DNA from: Octopus sinensis | Lineage: Eukaryota | Assembly: GCF_006345805.1 (NCBI RefSeq) | Contig: NC_042999.1 | Coordinates: forward strand, 17,112,001-17,176,000 | Length of the DNA: 64,000 nucleotides | Direction: 5' to 3' | Part shown: positions 1-12,036 of the stretch, piece by piece | How positions within the stretch are numbered: position 1 is the first letter of the stretch | How the letters are laid out: each line of letters begins with the position of its first letter | Position numbers and translations under genes: made by a program | The notes under the pieces: generated by a model | Databases searched by the model: none | Told to the model about the DNA's origin: nothing | Seen by the model: only the letters and a program-made list of their open reading frames with translations

Positions 1-10
1 ATATATATAT

Positions 11-233
11 GTATCAATAATAATATAGGGTGAAATTAATTAATTGGAATAATCATTAATTTCATCAAGTAGATTTCGGCATGTAAAAGCCCCATTCAGG
101 AAGGTTTAAGTAATACTAAGTAATTAAGGGTTTAGCAACGATTTGCCTCACCACACACCGGATTTAGAAATAGCAGTCAAAAGAGTTTGACTGCTATTTC
201 TAATCCGGTGTGTGGTGAGGCAAATCGTTGCTA
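11..233 (-). mobile_element. Fold-back element in a (TA)n tract, probable 3' end of a Penelope-like element (inverted pseudo-LTR plus tail)
   Basis: Near-perfect inverted repeat 133-181/186-233, unique tail 11-132, (TA)n on both sides. Shares the TTTGRCTGCTATTTCTA motif and the CACCCTATATT terminus with the hammerhead-bearing element at 2356-3022. Confidence 0.7.
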
Positions 234-602
234 TATATATAATATATATATATATATTTATATATATGTATATATATCTATATATTTATATAAAAAACAT
301 ATATATAATAAGGACAAATTTTTAGCACACATGGTTTTTTATTAACCACGTATTAATGAAAATGTATTCATAAATAAAGTACAGAACTGGGAATCACTAT
401 TATCAGTTTATCCTAGATACAAGTGAATTCGGCCTAGCCTGGCCTAGAGAGACATTTAATTCGACTTAAGTCGTGTCTCATGGAACCAATTAACGACGTA
501 GGGGGAGACTATATATATATATATATATATATTAATATATATATATATATAATATATATATTACGTTTTGGTATGGTGTAAAGGTAGGGTATTTCTAGAG
601 AA

Positions 603-829
603 GCGAGCTGGCAGAACCGTTAGCACGCCGGGCGAAATGCTTAGCGGTATTTCGTCTGCCGTTACGTTCTGAGTTCAAATTCCGCCGAGGTTGACTTTGC
701 CTTTCATCCTTTTGGGGTCGATGAAATAAGTACCAGTTACGCACTGGGATCGAAGTAATCGACTTAATACCTATGTCTGTCCTTGTTTGTCCCCTCTGTG
801 TTTAGCCCCTTGTGGGTAATAAAGAAATA
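603..829 (+). mobile_element. tRNA-derived SINE, family B (GGCGGCGAGCTGGCAGAA head)
   Basis: Many homologous copies in the window; central GCCTTTCATCCTTTyGGGGTCGAT domain; target-site duplication GTATTTCTAGAGAAGC on both sides. Confidence 0.9.
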
Positions 830-982
830 TGTATTTCTAGAGAAGCACTCAACCCTAATTCGGGGCTATCAACACCGTCGGATTCCAGACTAATATCGAA
901 ATACTTCAGGTGTAGAAAATTCTGGTTTCACACCAGTAAATCTGCTGTGTGGGCTTTGCAAAGAGTAAAATATAATCCAAAT

Positions 983-1367
983 GGTGGAAGCACTCCGTCG
1001 GTTACGACGACGAGGGTTCCGGTTGATCCGAATCAACGGAACAGCCTGCTCGTGAAATTAACGTGCAAGTGGCTGAGCAATCCACAGACACATGTACCCT
1101 TAACGTAGTTCTCGGGGATATTCAGCGTGACACATGGAGTGACAAGGCCGGTTCTTTGAAATACAGGTACAACAGAAACAGGAAGTAAGAGTGAGAGAAA
1201 GTTGTGGTGAAAGAGTACAGCAGGGATCACCACCATCCCCTGCCGGAGCCTCGTGGAGCTTTAGGTGTTTTCGCTCAATAAACACTCACAACGCCCGGTC
1301 TGGGAATCGAAACCGCGATCCTATGACCGCGAGTCCGCTGCCCTAACCACTGGGCCATTGTGCTTCC
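983..1367 (-). mobile_element. tRNA-derived SINE, family A
   Basis: A box TGGCCCAGTGG and B box GTTTCGATTCC on the minus strand; near-identical to 44497-44880; TSD TATAATCCAAAT. Confidence 0.9.
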
Positions 1368-1672
1368 ATTATAATCCAAATAACAAGACAGAGAAATACT
1401 TTGACACATCTTTAATGATCAGTTACAAATGTTTCTGTATCAATTCTGCATGCAACGACAGTTTACGCAATATTCGAAGTGAAAATTCACGTAGTTTGTA
1501 GGTGTTAGAGTTGCACTTCATGAGACTTGTAATTAAAGGTGTGCGTTTACACTGGGTTTCTTCCTCACATTGTTTGTTTGTTTGCCTATATCCGGGAATA
1601 AACAAAATGCAACTAAAAGTGTGGTTAGGGGATGAATTCTTAATACAGTGAACATGTAGAGTGTACGAAAAG

Positions 1673-1745
1673 GAAGAAGAAGAAGAAGAAAAAGAGAAGA
1701 AGAAGAAGAAGAAAAGAAGAAGAAGAAGAAGAAGAAGAAGAAGAA
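1673..1745. repeat. (GAA)n microsatellite
   Basis: Read directly from the sequence. Confidence 0.95.
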
Positions 1746-2272
1746 TATAACACGTGGATGGAAGTTAACAGGTATTAATAGCGGACAACTCCGTATATTT
1801 ATGCTCCCCGCATCAGCTTTAAGCTGCCATATATATGTATATATTGGTTTTTATCTACAATCCTATACTTCATTATATTGTTAGTATGTTTGTATAGTTA
1901 TATGTTTATATGTCCATATACATTTTTAACATTCATATATTCTTTTAATATTTTCGTAAGTATCTTTTTATGTATTTTCAATATATCAAGATATGTTTTT
2001 CGGACATTTGTTATCTTAATTAAATCCATTTGCGTTACCAGTCATCCTTTTGGGATCGATAAATTAAGTACCAGTTTCGTACTGGGTTCGATCTAATCGA
2101 CTGGCCCCCGCCCCCAAAATTTGGGGCCTTGTGCCCAGAGTAGTATCGACCCTTGTGGGTTAGCTGCATTTAGGTGACAAATATACTTCACGATATCATG
2201 CTGCTACTTTTTATATCTAACTCAGAGATTTATTATTGCTTATATCTATCTATCTATCTATCTATCTATCTC

Positions 2273-2322
<50 letters not shown>

Positions 2323-2355
2323 CATATATATATTATATATATAATATATATATAT

Positions 2356-3019
2356 AACATTAACAATTAAGGAACGGCCATAATAGGCCATTCACCCACT
2401 AGAATAACAGCCAAAGCTTCTACCGCAAATAAGATTAATTCCGTAAACAGGAGAAAATTAAAAAAACATTTACCCTGTAATTTCTTGTACGGTATACCGT
2501 TTCATCCGCTGTTTAATGGTAAACTAACCTGATTAAATTAAATCAAGCCAATCCTCCATAAGCCCTCGGGTTCTTCAGCATTTGCTGCCGATAAATTTGG
2601 CGCGAGTGCGACGATTTGAAAATTTTAGGTCAGATATTGACTTGGCAAGATTGGGTATGCCTCGTGTATATATCTGTCCCGACTTGAGCTATTTCTTGCT
2701 GAAGAATCCGAGGGCTTATGGAGGATTGGCTTGATTTATTTAATCAGGTTAGTTTACCATTAAACAGCGGATGAAACGGTATACCGCACAAGAAATTACA
2801 GGGTAAATGTTTTTTTAATTTTCTCCTGTTTACGGAATTAATCTTTATTTGCGGTAGAAGCTTTGGCTGTTATTTCTAGTGGGTGAATGGCCTATTATGG
2901 CCGTTCCTTAATTGTTAATGTTGAACTAAAATGGCCTATGACTATTTAATTTTTTCCCACTGGGCCGCTGGTGGCAATAAAATTCTACAAAATTTTCCTT
3001 GCCACCCTATATTGATTAA

Positions 3020-3022
<3 letters not shown>
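2356..3022 (+). mobile_element. Penelope-like fold-back element with hammerhead ribozyme, in a (TA)n tract
   Basis: About 225-bp inverted arms 2356-2580/2697-2922, spacer 2581-2696, unique 3' tail 2923-3022 containing CACCCTATATT; TA repeats on both sides. Confidence 0.85.
2691..2796 (+). ncRNA. Type I hammerhead ribozyme motif with long loop 2 and palindromic stem III
   Basis: ATTTCTTG-CTGAAGA-ATCCG...CGGAT-GAAAC-GGTATACC-GCA-CAAGAAAT: 8-bp stem I, 5-bp stem II. The cleavage triplet is GCA here but GTA in the inverted copy (2480-2580). Confidence 0.8.
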
Positions 3023-3058
<36 letters not shown>

Positions 3059-3234
3059 CCAGTTCCTTGGGTTTGTGTCTATGTTTTCGTTTCTCATTGT
3101 GTTCGACGTTTTTTTGGTGTCCTGTACTCATATATGCGTGTATATATACATGTAGAGGTAGGTACGTACATATATGTATATATATATATGCATATGTTTT
3201 ATTTATTAATATATATATATATATATGTATTTAA

Positions 3235-3321
<87 letters not shown>

Positions 3322-4359
3322 GTGTGTGTCTCTGTTTTTCATAGGATATTTTGCAGAATTCGATATATCTGCGTAATATGATATACAGCGACCCGATCAT
3401 AACTGAATATCAACACCAATCGCAATTGATATCTAATAGGTCTGTGAAGGATGGAAGCCTTGTGTAATTGTTAAATATTTGTTGATAAAGATGACAAATA
3501 TGAATAATAACAACTCTTGAAATTGAAATGAAATAGCAGTAATGATAAAGATCATTTATCTCTTCATCTATTTGAGGACTAATGTCGGAAATAATGGTTC
3601 ATTGGTTATCGTGATTGAGGAAAGAATCAAACAAGCGCAGTATATTCTCTTCAGCCACATAATGTATAAGGCTGCTTCCCCGGTACCTATGGCATATAAG
3701 TGACCGAGATACGCATTAAACCCGAAGTAACCCAGATAGCCCTGCACAGGGGACATCGCCGATGTTGGGTTCAAAGCTTGCAAATTTGAAGGAAAACCAC
3801 ACAAGTCGTTGACATCAATTCCAATACTCAACTGGTATTTTCATTTTATCAAACTCAAAAGGATAAAAGGCAATGTTGACTTCGGTTGGAATTGAACTCA
3901 CGACGTCAAGAACCGAAAGAAATGCCACGAATAATTTTTTCCCGAGTGCTAACGATTTTGCCAGCTCCCTGCGTAATATTCTTTAACGAAGACTAATGGA
4001 CAATTTCATATATTCCATCTAAATGAGGGTCTTGACACTGTAAGAACAATATCCACGCCACTTTCTTCTAACTTCTGAATACATATATATAATTTTTATT
4101 TTCTAGAATATTACATTGAGATTCACGTGGCCATACTTTTACTCCTTTACTTTTAATTATGACATGCGTCTACGGTCACGATACATCACCTCCTTGAAGA
4201 AATTTGGTGGAACAACTCGATCTCGGTATTTATAATTCTTGTAATTATCACGTGAGACTCTTAGGCCGTAACGTTACAGTACACGCATGTACGTAGTCAT
4301 ATCAGTACCGGTTGTCAAACGGTTGACATAAAGATATAAAGGTTGACATATAAGATATA

Positions 4360-4900
4360 AAGGTATCTTTATTCTTCTTACATCCCCATTTCTTTTCCCC
4401 TGATGTCCTTTGCGTTAGCTAAACCTACCCCGCTGTCATTCTTGCTACTATAGAATTTTGTCTGCAACAGTTAGATGCGAGCTTAACCGTGGTATGACCA
4501 GCATCTTTCCTCATGCCTCTTGGAACTTATACCCACATCTTTATGAGTAGATTTATCTTCTCTGGGATGTTAATAATCATTTTTAAAACTTTGTGTTGTT
4601 GGAAAACATATATAGTCTGCTTGGAATCTTACTTCAGATTCATGGAACTCACTCCTATAACTTCATAAGGATATTTACACTCTCTAAGATATTTGGAAAA
4701 CCTATATGTGATTTAGCTGATGAATACTTGACATTACATTTGCTGTAATATTTGCAGCTTGAAATAAAATGTTTTTAGTATGAAACAATTGTACCAATCT
4801 ACCGATCCATTCTTGTTGCTTTTTTCTTGGTTATAATCACCCCACATAAGTTTATGGTTAATACCATAAAGAATTCTGGTGCATATAAGTTAAGTAGCAT
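4360..4900 (-). mobile_element. Highly degraded RTE-type LINE 3' fragment
   Basis: Broken minus-strand translations resemble RTE motifs (YGSESW-like, AGH-like); no intact frame. Confidence 0.35.
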
Positions 4901-4990
4901 ATTCGTTTGAATTCATTTGAATTCATTTGAATCTTAATTGTTTTGCTGAAATTATATGTATGTATATGTAATGTATATACATATATATAT

Positions 4991-5027
<37 letters not shown>

Positions 5028-6062
5028 GAATATATATATGTGTGTGTGTGTGTATATATATATATGTATTTATATATATGCAGTTATATATATGTATTTA
5101 TATATATGCAGTTATATATATGCATATATATATGTGTATATTTATATTTATTTATATATATATATATGTATATATATAATATATATTATATATATATATA
5201 TATATAATATATATATAATATATATCTATATATAATATATATACATACTAATATATACTAATCAATGCGCCTTCAAGCATATGTGTGTGTGTGTGTGCTC
5301 ATTTATGTAGAACAAGAAAATAATGTGATTATGCCAATATGGCGATGGGAATCAAGGAAACAGAATGATAGATTGATGAGAAGAGATGAGAGGGTGAGGG
5401 TATTCGAGAAGAGGAAGTTTATGGGAAAGAGGAAACGATTGTAGACGACTGCCAGTTGAATATTTATGGATAATTTATAGAAACTAATTAATGTTCCTAT
5501 TTATAATTGATGTAGATAGCGTAATGCGCGATTCGTTGCAATTTAGCCGAGGCACTATAAATGATTTTCTAGTGACAGCAGTACGGCTGATATAAAGTTA
5601 TTTTCCAATACATGAATAAATATATTTAGCGTGTGGCGTGTGTGTAAGCAGGTTTGATATGACTTGATGAAAACCAAAGAATAAGCAAATAATGAAAAAA
5701 AAAAACCAAAAAAAAAAAAAAAAAAAATAGCCGTACCACTATTAAATTATGCATTGGCTGCAATATGTAGAGATAGCGTTCTCTTTTGTAATGCAAATAC
5801 AGATCGACGCTTATTAAATAATTACTTTCGCATACGCCTACCTATAAATACAAAATACCTGGAAAATGCAATTCCATTTTGTTGTAACAATCTATACAGA
5901 TTTGCGTTCGTCATATGAACAGTGTTGCTGAGAGGTGTCGTGTTTTGTGCATTCCCTCTGCCCCATGATTTCCATTCCCACCAGGGAAAAGAAGTGACAG
6001 TAATAAACTGACTTCGATTCATTTTACTGTTTTGTTTTTTTACATATGACTGCATAATACGT

Positions 6063-6300
6063 ACTTCTTCTTCTTGCGCCCTTTTAAGGCCTAGCCAGGC
6101 TCATGGACCCGGTTTCCCGATTTCCGTGGCGTATGTGTTCCCCAACTGGACGGGACGGCAGTCCATCGCAGCGTTACTTATTTTTGCTGGAGCAACGTGA
6201 AATGTAGTGTTTTACTCAAGAACACAACGCGTCGCCCGGTCCAGGAATCGAAACCACAATCTTACGATCATGATGCTGGCACCCTAACCACTAAGCCACA
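6063..6300 (-). mobile_element. tRNA-derived SINE with CORE-like body (head D, tail shared with the 12991 copy)
   Basis: Minus strand TGGCTTAGTGGTTAGG...GTTTCGATTCC, then GTGTTCTTGAGTAAAACAC; 3' part GATGGACyGsCGTCCCGTCCAG shared with 13196-13270; (AAG)n tail. Confidence 0.8.
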
Positions 6301-6744
6301 TCAAAGTGACATTTCCATGTTACAAATAGTCTCATCCCAGGTAGATATTCCACCAGCTGGTTAACGGTGCCACGCCACACCCTTTATATACAATACTGCT
6401 AGTTACAGGAGCGAACACCTAGAATCCTCCAGGAAGCACAAAACAAGATCGTCAGACTGACTCAGTTTCGGGTTGGTTGGCCTATCCTCAGACGGATGTC
6501 ACAAGGCCGCGATTTATGTATGTAAATCACGCAAACACACACGCTTACAGACTCACTCACAAATACAAACATGCTGGCAAACTTTGCGATACATACGTTA
6601 TTGCAGCTACGTATAGAATCACACTTACATATTCAATAATGTACATATATGCTTTCATAAATAGTCATAAAATATAGATATATTTCATATATATATATAT
6701 ATATACTCACACACACACACACACACACACAACCGCACATACTC

Positions 6745-6789
<45 letters not shown>

Positions 6790-6793
6790 CGAC

Positions 6794-6911
6794 GACGGAA
6801 TTCTTCCGTCTACCAAATCCACTTACTAGGCTTTCATTGGCCCGAAGGTATACTAGAAAACACTTGCCGGAACCTTGTGGTTGGTAAGCAACCACACAGC
6901 TACTCCTCCGC
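6794..6911 (-). mobile_element. SINE family C, 5' half
   Basis: Homologous to the head of 46950-47422. Confidence 0.75.
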
Positions 6912-6960
6912 TACGTATATGAATAGATATACATACTTATGTATAGATATACATACATAC

Positions 6961-7012
<52 letters not shown>

Positions 7013-7057
7013 TATATAATATATATATATATATATATATCTATACATATATATATA

Positions 7058-7562
7058 TTTAAATAAGGGAGATAAATTAATATTAATTTTAATTCCAATT
7101 TAAAACCAGTAGTCTAGCATACAAAACTCTGAAAAATCGGAGAAAAATTCTAATACATGTGTATATTGACAGGGCAATACTGCTAGGTAATCGGCCGCAT
7201 GCTAGAAATAGATCATCAACGATCAAACTACAACGAATGTTCTCTAGACGAAAATCTAGCGAACACCAGAACCAAATTTGCCGGGCAGGACAGATGAAAA
7301 TTTATATAAAAAACAGAATTAATCGCATACCTAGGTTTCAGTCTTTAACAAAAGAATTACCTACATAATTCAAATGTCCGTGGCCTCGTCAGTACGATCG
7401 TTCAGAATAAATGTAATCCAAAAAACTAACCCCAGCTTTCTGTGCCAAAACAGACACGTGTTTAGTTTTACCGATTACATTAGGGATATATTTCAAATCG
7501 TTGATGATCTATTTCTAGCATGCAGCCGACTACCTAGCAGTCTTCCCCTGTCAATATACACA
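7058..7562 (-). mobile_element. Penelope-like fold-back element with hammerhead ribozyme
   Basis: Inverted arms 7158-7223/7497-7562, unique tail 7058-7157 ending CTCCCTTATTT on the minus strand, flanked by (TA)n and (CA)n. Confidence 0.8.
7322..7398 (-). ncRNA. Type I hammerhead ribozyme motif
   Basis: Minus strand: ATCGTA-CTGACGA-GGCC...GACT-GAAAC-CTAG-GTA-TGCGAT. Canonical core, 6-bp stem I with one G-U pair, palindromic stem III ACCTAGGT, imperfect stem II. Confidence 0.8.
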
Positions 7563-7598
7563 CACACACACACACATACACACACACACACATATATA

Positions 7599-7630
<32 letters not shown>

Positions 7631-7765
7631 TAATGTATGTATATATGTATATATATGTATGTATATATGTATATATATATAATGTATATATGTATATATA
7701 TGTATATATATGTATATATGTATATATATATGTATATATATGTATATATATGTATATATAATGTG

Positions 7766-7800
<35 letters not shown>

Positions 7801-7949
7801 ATATATATAAACACCAAATACATATATATATATATATATAGTATATATGTATATATGTATATGTATATATATGTATATATATATGTATATATGTATATAT
7901 GTATATGTATATATATGTATTATATATATATATGTATATGGTGTTTATG

Positions 7950-7983
<34 letters not shown>

Positions 7984-8643
7984 TAAGTATGTATATGGTG
8001 TTTATATATATATGAACACCAAATACACACACATATATATATACATATATATTTATATAATATATTACATATGTGCAACCAACAATATATACACACAAAC
8101 ACTCACATATATACACACATCATTTGGAGTTTATGCGGGAATGTGTGATTATACGCCAAAATCCCATTAGTTAACCTGTAAGTAGCAAGTTTGTTTGGTA
8201 AATGGGAATCGAATATAGAATATATCATAGAAATGATAGCGTTTTATGGAAACGGAAGCATACAGACTATCTCTATGTGTGTTATTCATATTTATCTGTC
8301 TAGATTTTCGCGGATGCAATTTATTAAAATTATCGTGGATAATAATAGTTTTGTGACATGCAATACATCTTAGATAGTCATATGTCTAGATTGCGACACT
8401 GACAAACTATATTTAGCACCTAACTTCCATTAGTAGCTGCATATAATGAAGGGTGAACAATGTTACGCAGTCTGCAGTTTCTGCTGTTTATAACCGAAAA
8501 AATATTGAAGTGGTATTGTTATGGCTTGGTGAGATTCTGCCAAACCCACCCCAAAACTAACAGCAGCTATGAGACACCCAGAGTGGAAGGCTTACTCTAA
8601 TGTTACAAATACACACACACACATACATAAATACTAATAAATA

Positions 8644-9203
8644 CTAGCTGTTGGACCCGGCGTTGCTCGTGTTATTTTGTGTTGAAGTTAAGCCAACATC
8701 TGACCTTGTATTGAAACCTTCTACGTTCCCCGTGTTAACTATTACCCATTATAACTGGTTCGGCATGCTGTTGCAGGATTCATAAATGTGTGGCAGGCGG
8801 GGGGAAATGGTCAGAGCAGGTTACGGAGTTTTGTGGACGGAGCGGAGATTTTGCAGCCGACAACGATGTGTTCAATGGTGCAGAGGACACAAATGTAAAT
8901 AAGTATTTCCTTAAGGACTATTCTGTTGATTTTATTGAAATTTTATACGTGTAAAAATGCAAAGCGCTGCAGGAAAAATGACATCGTTATGGCAATTTCC
9001 ATTCAAACGCCCGATTAAGCTCACGAAAATCGATGCCAACTGAGCATGATTGAGTTTTCGAAAATTTCCGGCCATTTTTTAAAATTCAGGACATGTGATC
9101 TACCTCTGTGCCAAAAATCATTCAAATCCGTTGGATGGTGTAGGAGGAGTTAGAGTAACCCTAAACCTCCAGACAGTCACCATAACACATTTATGTATAT
9201 AGA
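8644..9203 (-). mobile_element. Non-autonomous Helitron
   Basis: Minus strand begins TC and ends CTAG, inserted between A and T with no TSD; subterminal GC-rich CGAGCAACGCCGGG shared with the 20748 and 48725 copies. Confidence 0.8.
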
Positions 9204-9767
9204 TATGTACGTGTGTATATGGGGGGGGGTGTCCCAAAGTAGTGCTAAATGATATTTTTAATTTTGATCAAGGCAATCTCTTGCTATTTCGAGAAGGGAT
9301 ATATATATCCATAGATACTATGTTTTCTTTCTTATGTTGGACCTAGTAGTGAATACTCATGGAGAAGCTTAATATAGCAAAAAAGATTGATAGAAATTGA
9401 ATTTCTCTATACATACATACACACACACACACAAATATATATATAGGTGGATCACATGCCCTGAAGTTCAATTTTTCTCGATAGTCATATTTACATACCC
9501 TCATCTGTCCTCGTCGTTTGTATTTTCTAAGTTTGAACACTGAATGCGTGTGTGTTTAGGTATTATGTGTGTATGTATTTATTATGTGTGTATATATGTT
9601 GTCTCTCATTCAGTTCTATATTTAAAAGATGAGGAATTATGAATTTTTTACATTATTTACAGTCATCTTGTTTGTTGTTAACACAATTTTTCGACTATCT
9701 TGGGAGACATTTTTTGATGTTATTATTATTATTATTATTATTGTTATTATTATTATTGTTGTTCAGG

Positions 9768-9836
9768 TCACTGCTTGGAACCGAACTCAGAATCTTGGGT
9801 TAGTAGCCCGCACTCTGAACCACTACGCCATATGCC
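9768..9836 (-). other. tRNA-like module (Pol III A/B boxes) in the PLE 3' region
   Basis: GGCATATGGCGTAGTGGTTCAGAGTGCGGGCTACTAACCCAAGATTCTGAGTTCGGTTCC; acceptor stem not intact. Confidence 0.6.
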
Positions 9837-9903
9837 TGTGGGCAATTATGGAGTGAATTTTAGGGATTATAAATCTAATAATTTTCTATCCTTCCTTAAT
9901 ACC

Positions 9904-10119
9904 TATTTCTTTACTACCCACAAGGGGCTAACACAGAGAGGACAAACAAGGAGATTAAGTCGATTACATCGACCCCAGTGCGTAACTGGTACTTAATTTA
10001 TCGACCCCGAAAGAATGAATGGCAAAGTCGACCTCGGCGGAATTTGAACTCAGAACGTAACGGCAGACGAAATACGGCATTTCGTCTGGCGTGCTAACGT
10101 TTCTGCCAGCTCGCCGCCT
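9904..10119 (-). mobile_element. SINE family B
   Basis: Reverse complement of 603-829; TSD CCTTCCTTAATACC. Confidence 0.9.
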
Positions 10120-10129
10120 TTATACCTTC

Positions 10130-10500
10130 CTTAATACCAGCTCCCATATGCAGCTCATATCTGCACTCGGTCTGCTTAGGAGGTTGTTGTGTCCTAGCAT
10201 ATGTGCTGTTTCTTTTAGTTTTCGTATTTTCCAGTAGTGTTCTCAGTCTATTATTTTAACTTCATCCCACTGGGGGAGGTTGTCCTCATTTTCCATACAT
10301 GATCAGCTATACCAGATTTATCAACATCTCCTGCTGTCACAGCTTTGCGATGTTCGTCTACCCTTACTTTAAGGGGGCATCCTGTTTCTACTTTGTATAA
10401 CTTACCACAGCTGCATGGGATGGAGTACACGCAGTCTTTGGTCATATTCTCTTCTATTGGTGGTTTTTACTTGAAGGAGATATTTGTGAAGTGTTGTATT
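10130..10500 (-). pseudogene. GIY-YIG endonuclease fragment of a Penelope-like retroelement
   Basis: CVYSIPCSCGKLYKVETGCPLKVRVDEHRKAV...KSGIADHVW, then after a frameshift WDEVKIID*EHYWKIRKLKE; matches the PLE VY-x-IPC-x-C...R-x-x-EH...H pattern. Confidence 0.85.
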
Positions 10501-10567
10501 ACTCTTGAATCAAGAGTAATACTACACTTATGAATGTATTCCACAGCAGAGGGATTTTCTAAGTTCA

Positions 10568-10802
10568 TTACAGGACAGTCTTTTTTTTGCGGATGGCATT
10601 GTAAATTGCTTTAGCGATAATATTCTGCCGCATTGGGAGGTAATACCGTGACGACATTTTAGGACAGCTGCCAATCACATGCGTGATATCTTCCACAGAA
10701 ACATGACATAGCCTACACCTACGGCTGAATCTTGGGATTGCAAGAGCGTCACCGTCTCTCTTGTTCACCAGGTACTTTGTGACAATCTCTTGTTTCTGGA
10801 TG
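10568..10802 (-). pseudogene. CCHC zinc-knuckle fragment of an R4/Dong-type (restriction-like endonuclease) LINE
   Basis: IQKQEIVTKY...CRLCHVSVEDITHVIGSCPKMSSRYYLPMRQNIIAKAIY: CCHC knuckle plus a degenerate RHN motif typical of RLE-clade LINEs. Confidence 0.75.
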
Positions 10803-11322
10803 GTATGTATGTATGTAAATATGTATGTATGTATATATGTATGCATGCATATGAGTGTGTGTATGTGGAGGGTTCTTTCAGTTTGTTTGTGTATGGATGC
10901 GGGTCTGTGTACTAAAATGTAGACAGGTTTATGTAGAAATGGCCCTATATAAATATCTGAGCATAAAGGACATTTATATACACATATACACGTAAAGAAT
11001 ATATTTCTATGTTTAAACATGTTTAAGAGTATTTTTTTCAATACAACTCTCGCAGACTACATCTATTTACATATTTTCCTTATGTACAATTCTATATTAT
11101 TATTGATTTAATTACGTATCGATTTTCAGCATATTTCCATTATCGATTCACTTATCCATTTCTTCATCTATTTATCCAGTAATATATTTACATATTTCTT
11201 ATAATAATATGTATAAACATAATAGATTATGTACTAGTTAGTCGTGTTTACTAACACGAAACGACCTCATTTGATTGTGTTATCTACCTCTAAGTCTTTC
11301 ACGTTAGATAACGTCAAGAAAA

Positions 11323-12036
11323 TTTTTATTATAATAGTGTGTATACATATGTTCTAGATATGTGGGTGTTCACTTCATTTTACATGAACTGTTGTAGTTT
11401 AGAATAATCTACCTACCTCTATTTATTTGACGTCATATTCCTCGAAGAAACAATTTTGCCGGATCTTTTCTGTTTGAACGACAGATTTTAAAAATAATTT
11501 CCACGTAACTAAACACTTTTAAACATCGTATACTGGTAGAATGTGTTTATAAAACATCTTTTTCTCTTGGCTTTATTGAGAAAATTCTATAGTTTGTAAG
11601 ATATCTGTTGTTGTTTGTTTCTTCAATTTCTGTAATTTCAACCAATCAAGGACGTCTATTGAGGTGAAAACATTCTGTGCCGTATGAATATGTCCATCGT
11701 TTTAGAAACAGATTAGATTTATTTACATCTGTGAAGAAAAAAAGATACCCTTCCCCTCACCCCTAACCCTAACCCTAACCCTAACTAACCCTCAAACATA
11801 GAAATGCAATAGATCGATACTAGGATCATAATTATGGGTGACAATTTCATATGACACCGCTAGAAAAAACTGCCGTTCAAACCGAAAAGATCCATTTTTT
11901 TTTATTATAATAGTGTGTATACATATGTTCTAGATATGTGGGTGTTCGCTTCATTTTGCATGAAACGTTGTAGTTTTGAATAATCGACCTGCCTCTACTT
12001 ATTTGACGTCATATTCCTCGAAGAAGCAGTTTTGCC
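11323..12036. repeat. About 138-bp direct duplication (11323-11460 / 11899-12036) bracketing a TIR element
   Basis: Manual alignment shows about 10 substitutions. Confidence 0.9.
11461..11893. mobile_element. MITE-like element with GGATC-ended TIRs and internal (CCCTAA)n
   Basis: TIRs GGATCTTTTCTGTTTGAACGACAG / CTGCCGTTCAAACCGAAAAGATCC; (CCCTAA)4 at 11761-11784; homologous to 41030-41542. Confidence 0.8.

Larger units (their letters stand above)
9570..10500 (-). mobile_element. Penelope-like element 3' fragment (Penelope/Poseidon-type GIY-YIG), interrupted by a SINE
   Basis: Endonuclease-like translation at 10130-10500, followed by a 3' region with a tRNA-like module and (AAT)n. Left boundary approximate. 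Confidence 0.7.

Noticed and set aside
310-510. TA-flanked insert with small hairpins and GGCC..GGCC-GAA on the minus strand
   Set aside because: Probably another PLE end, but there is no complete hammerhead core or long inverted arm to support a call.
7201-7212. GCTAGAAATAG resembles the SpCas9 sgRNA scaffold
   Set aside because: That tetraloop is engineered; there is no tracr or repeat context, spacer array or cas gene. It is the reverse complement of the shared PLE motif.
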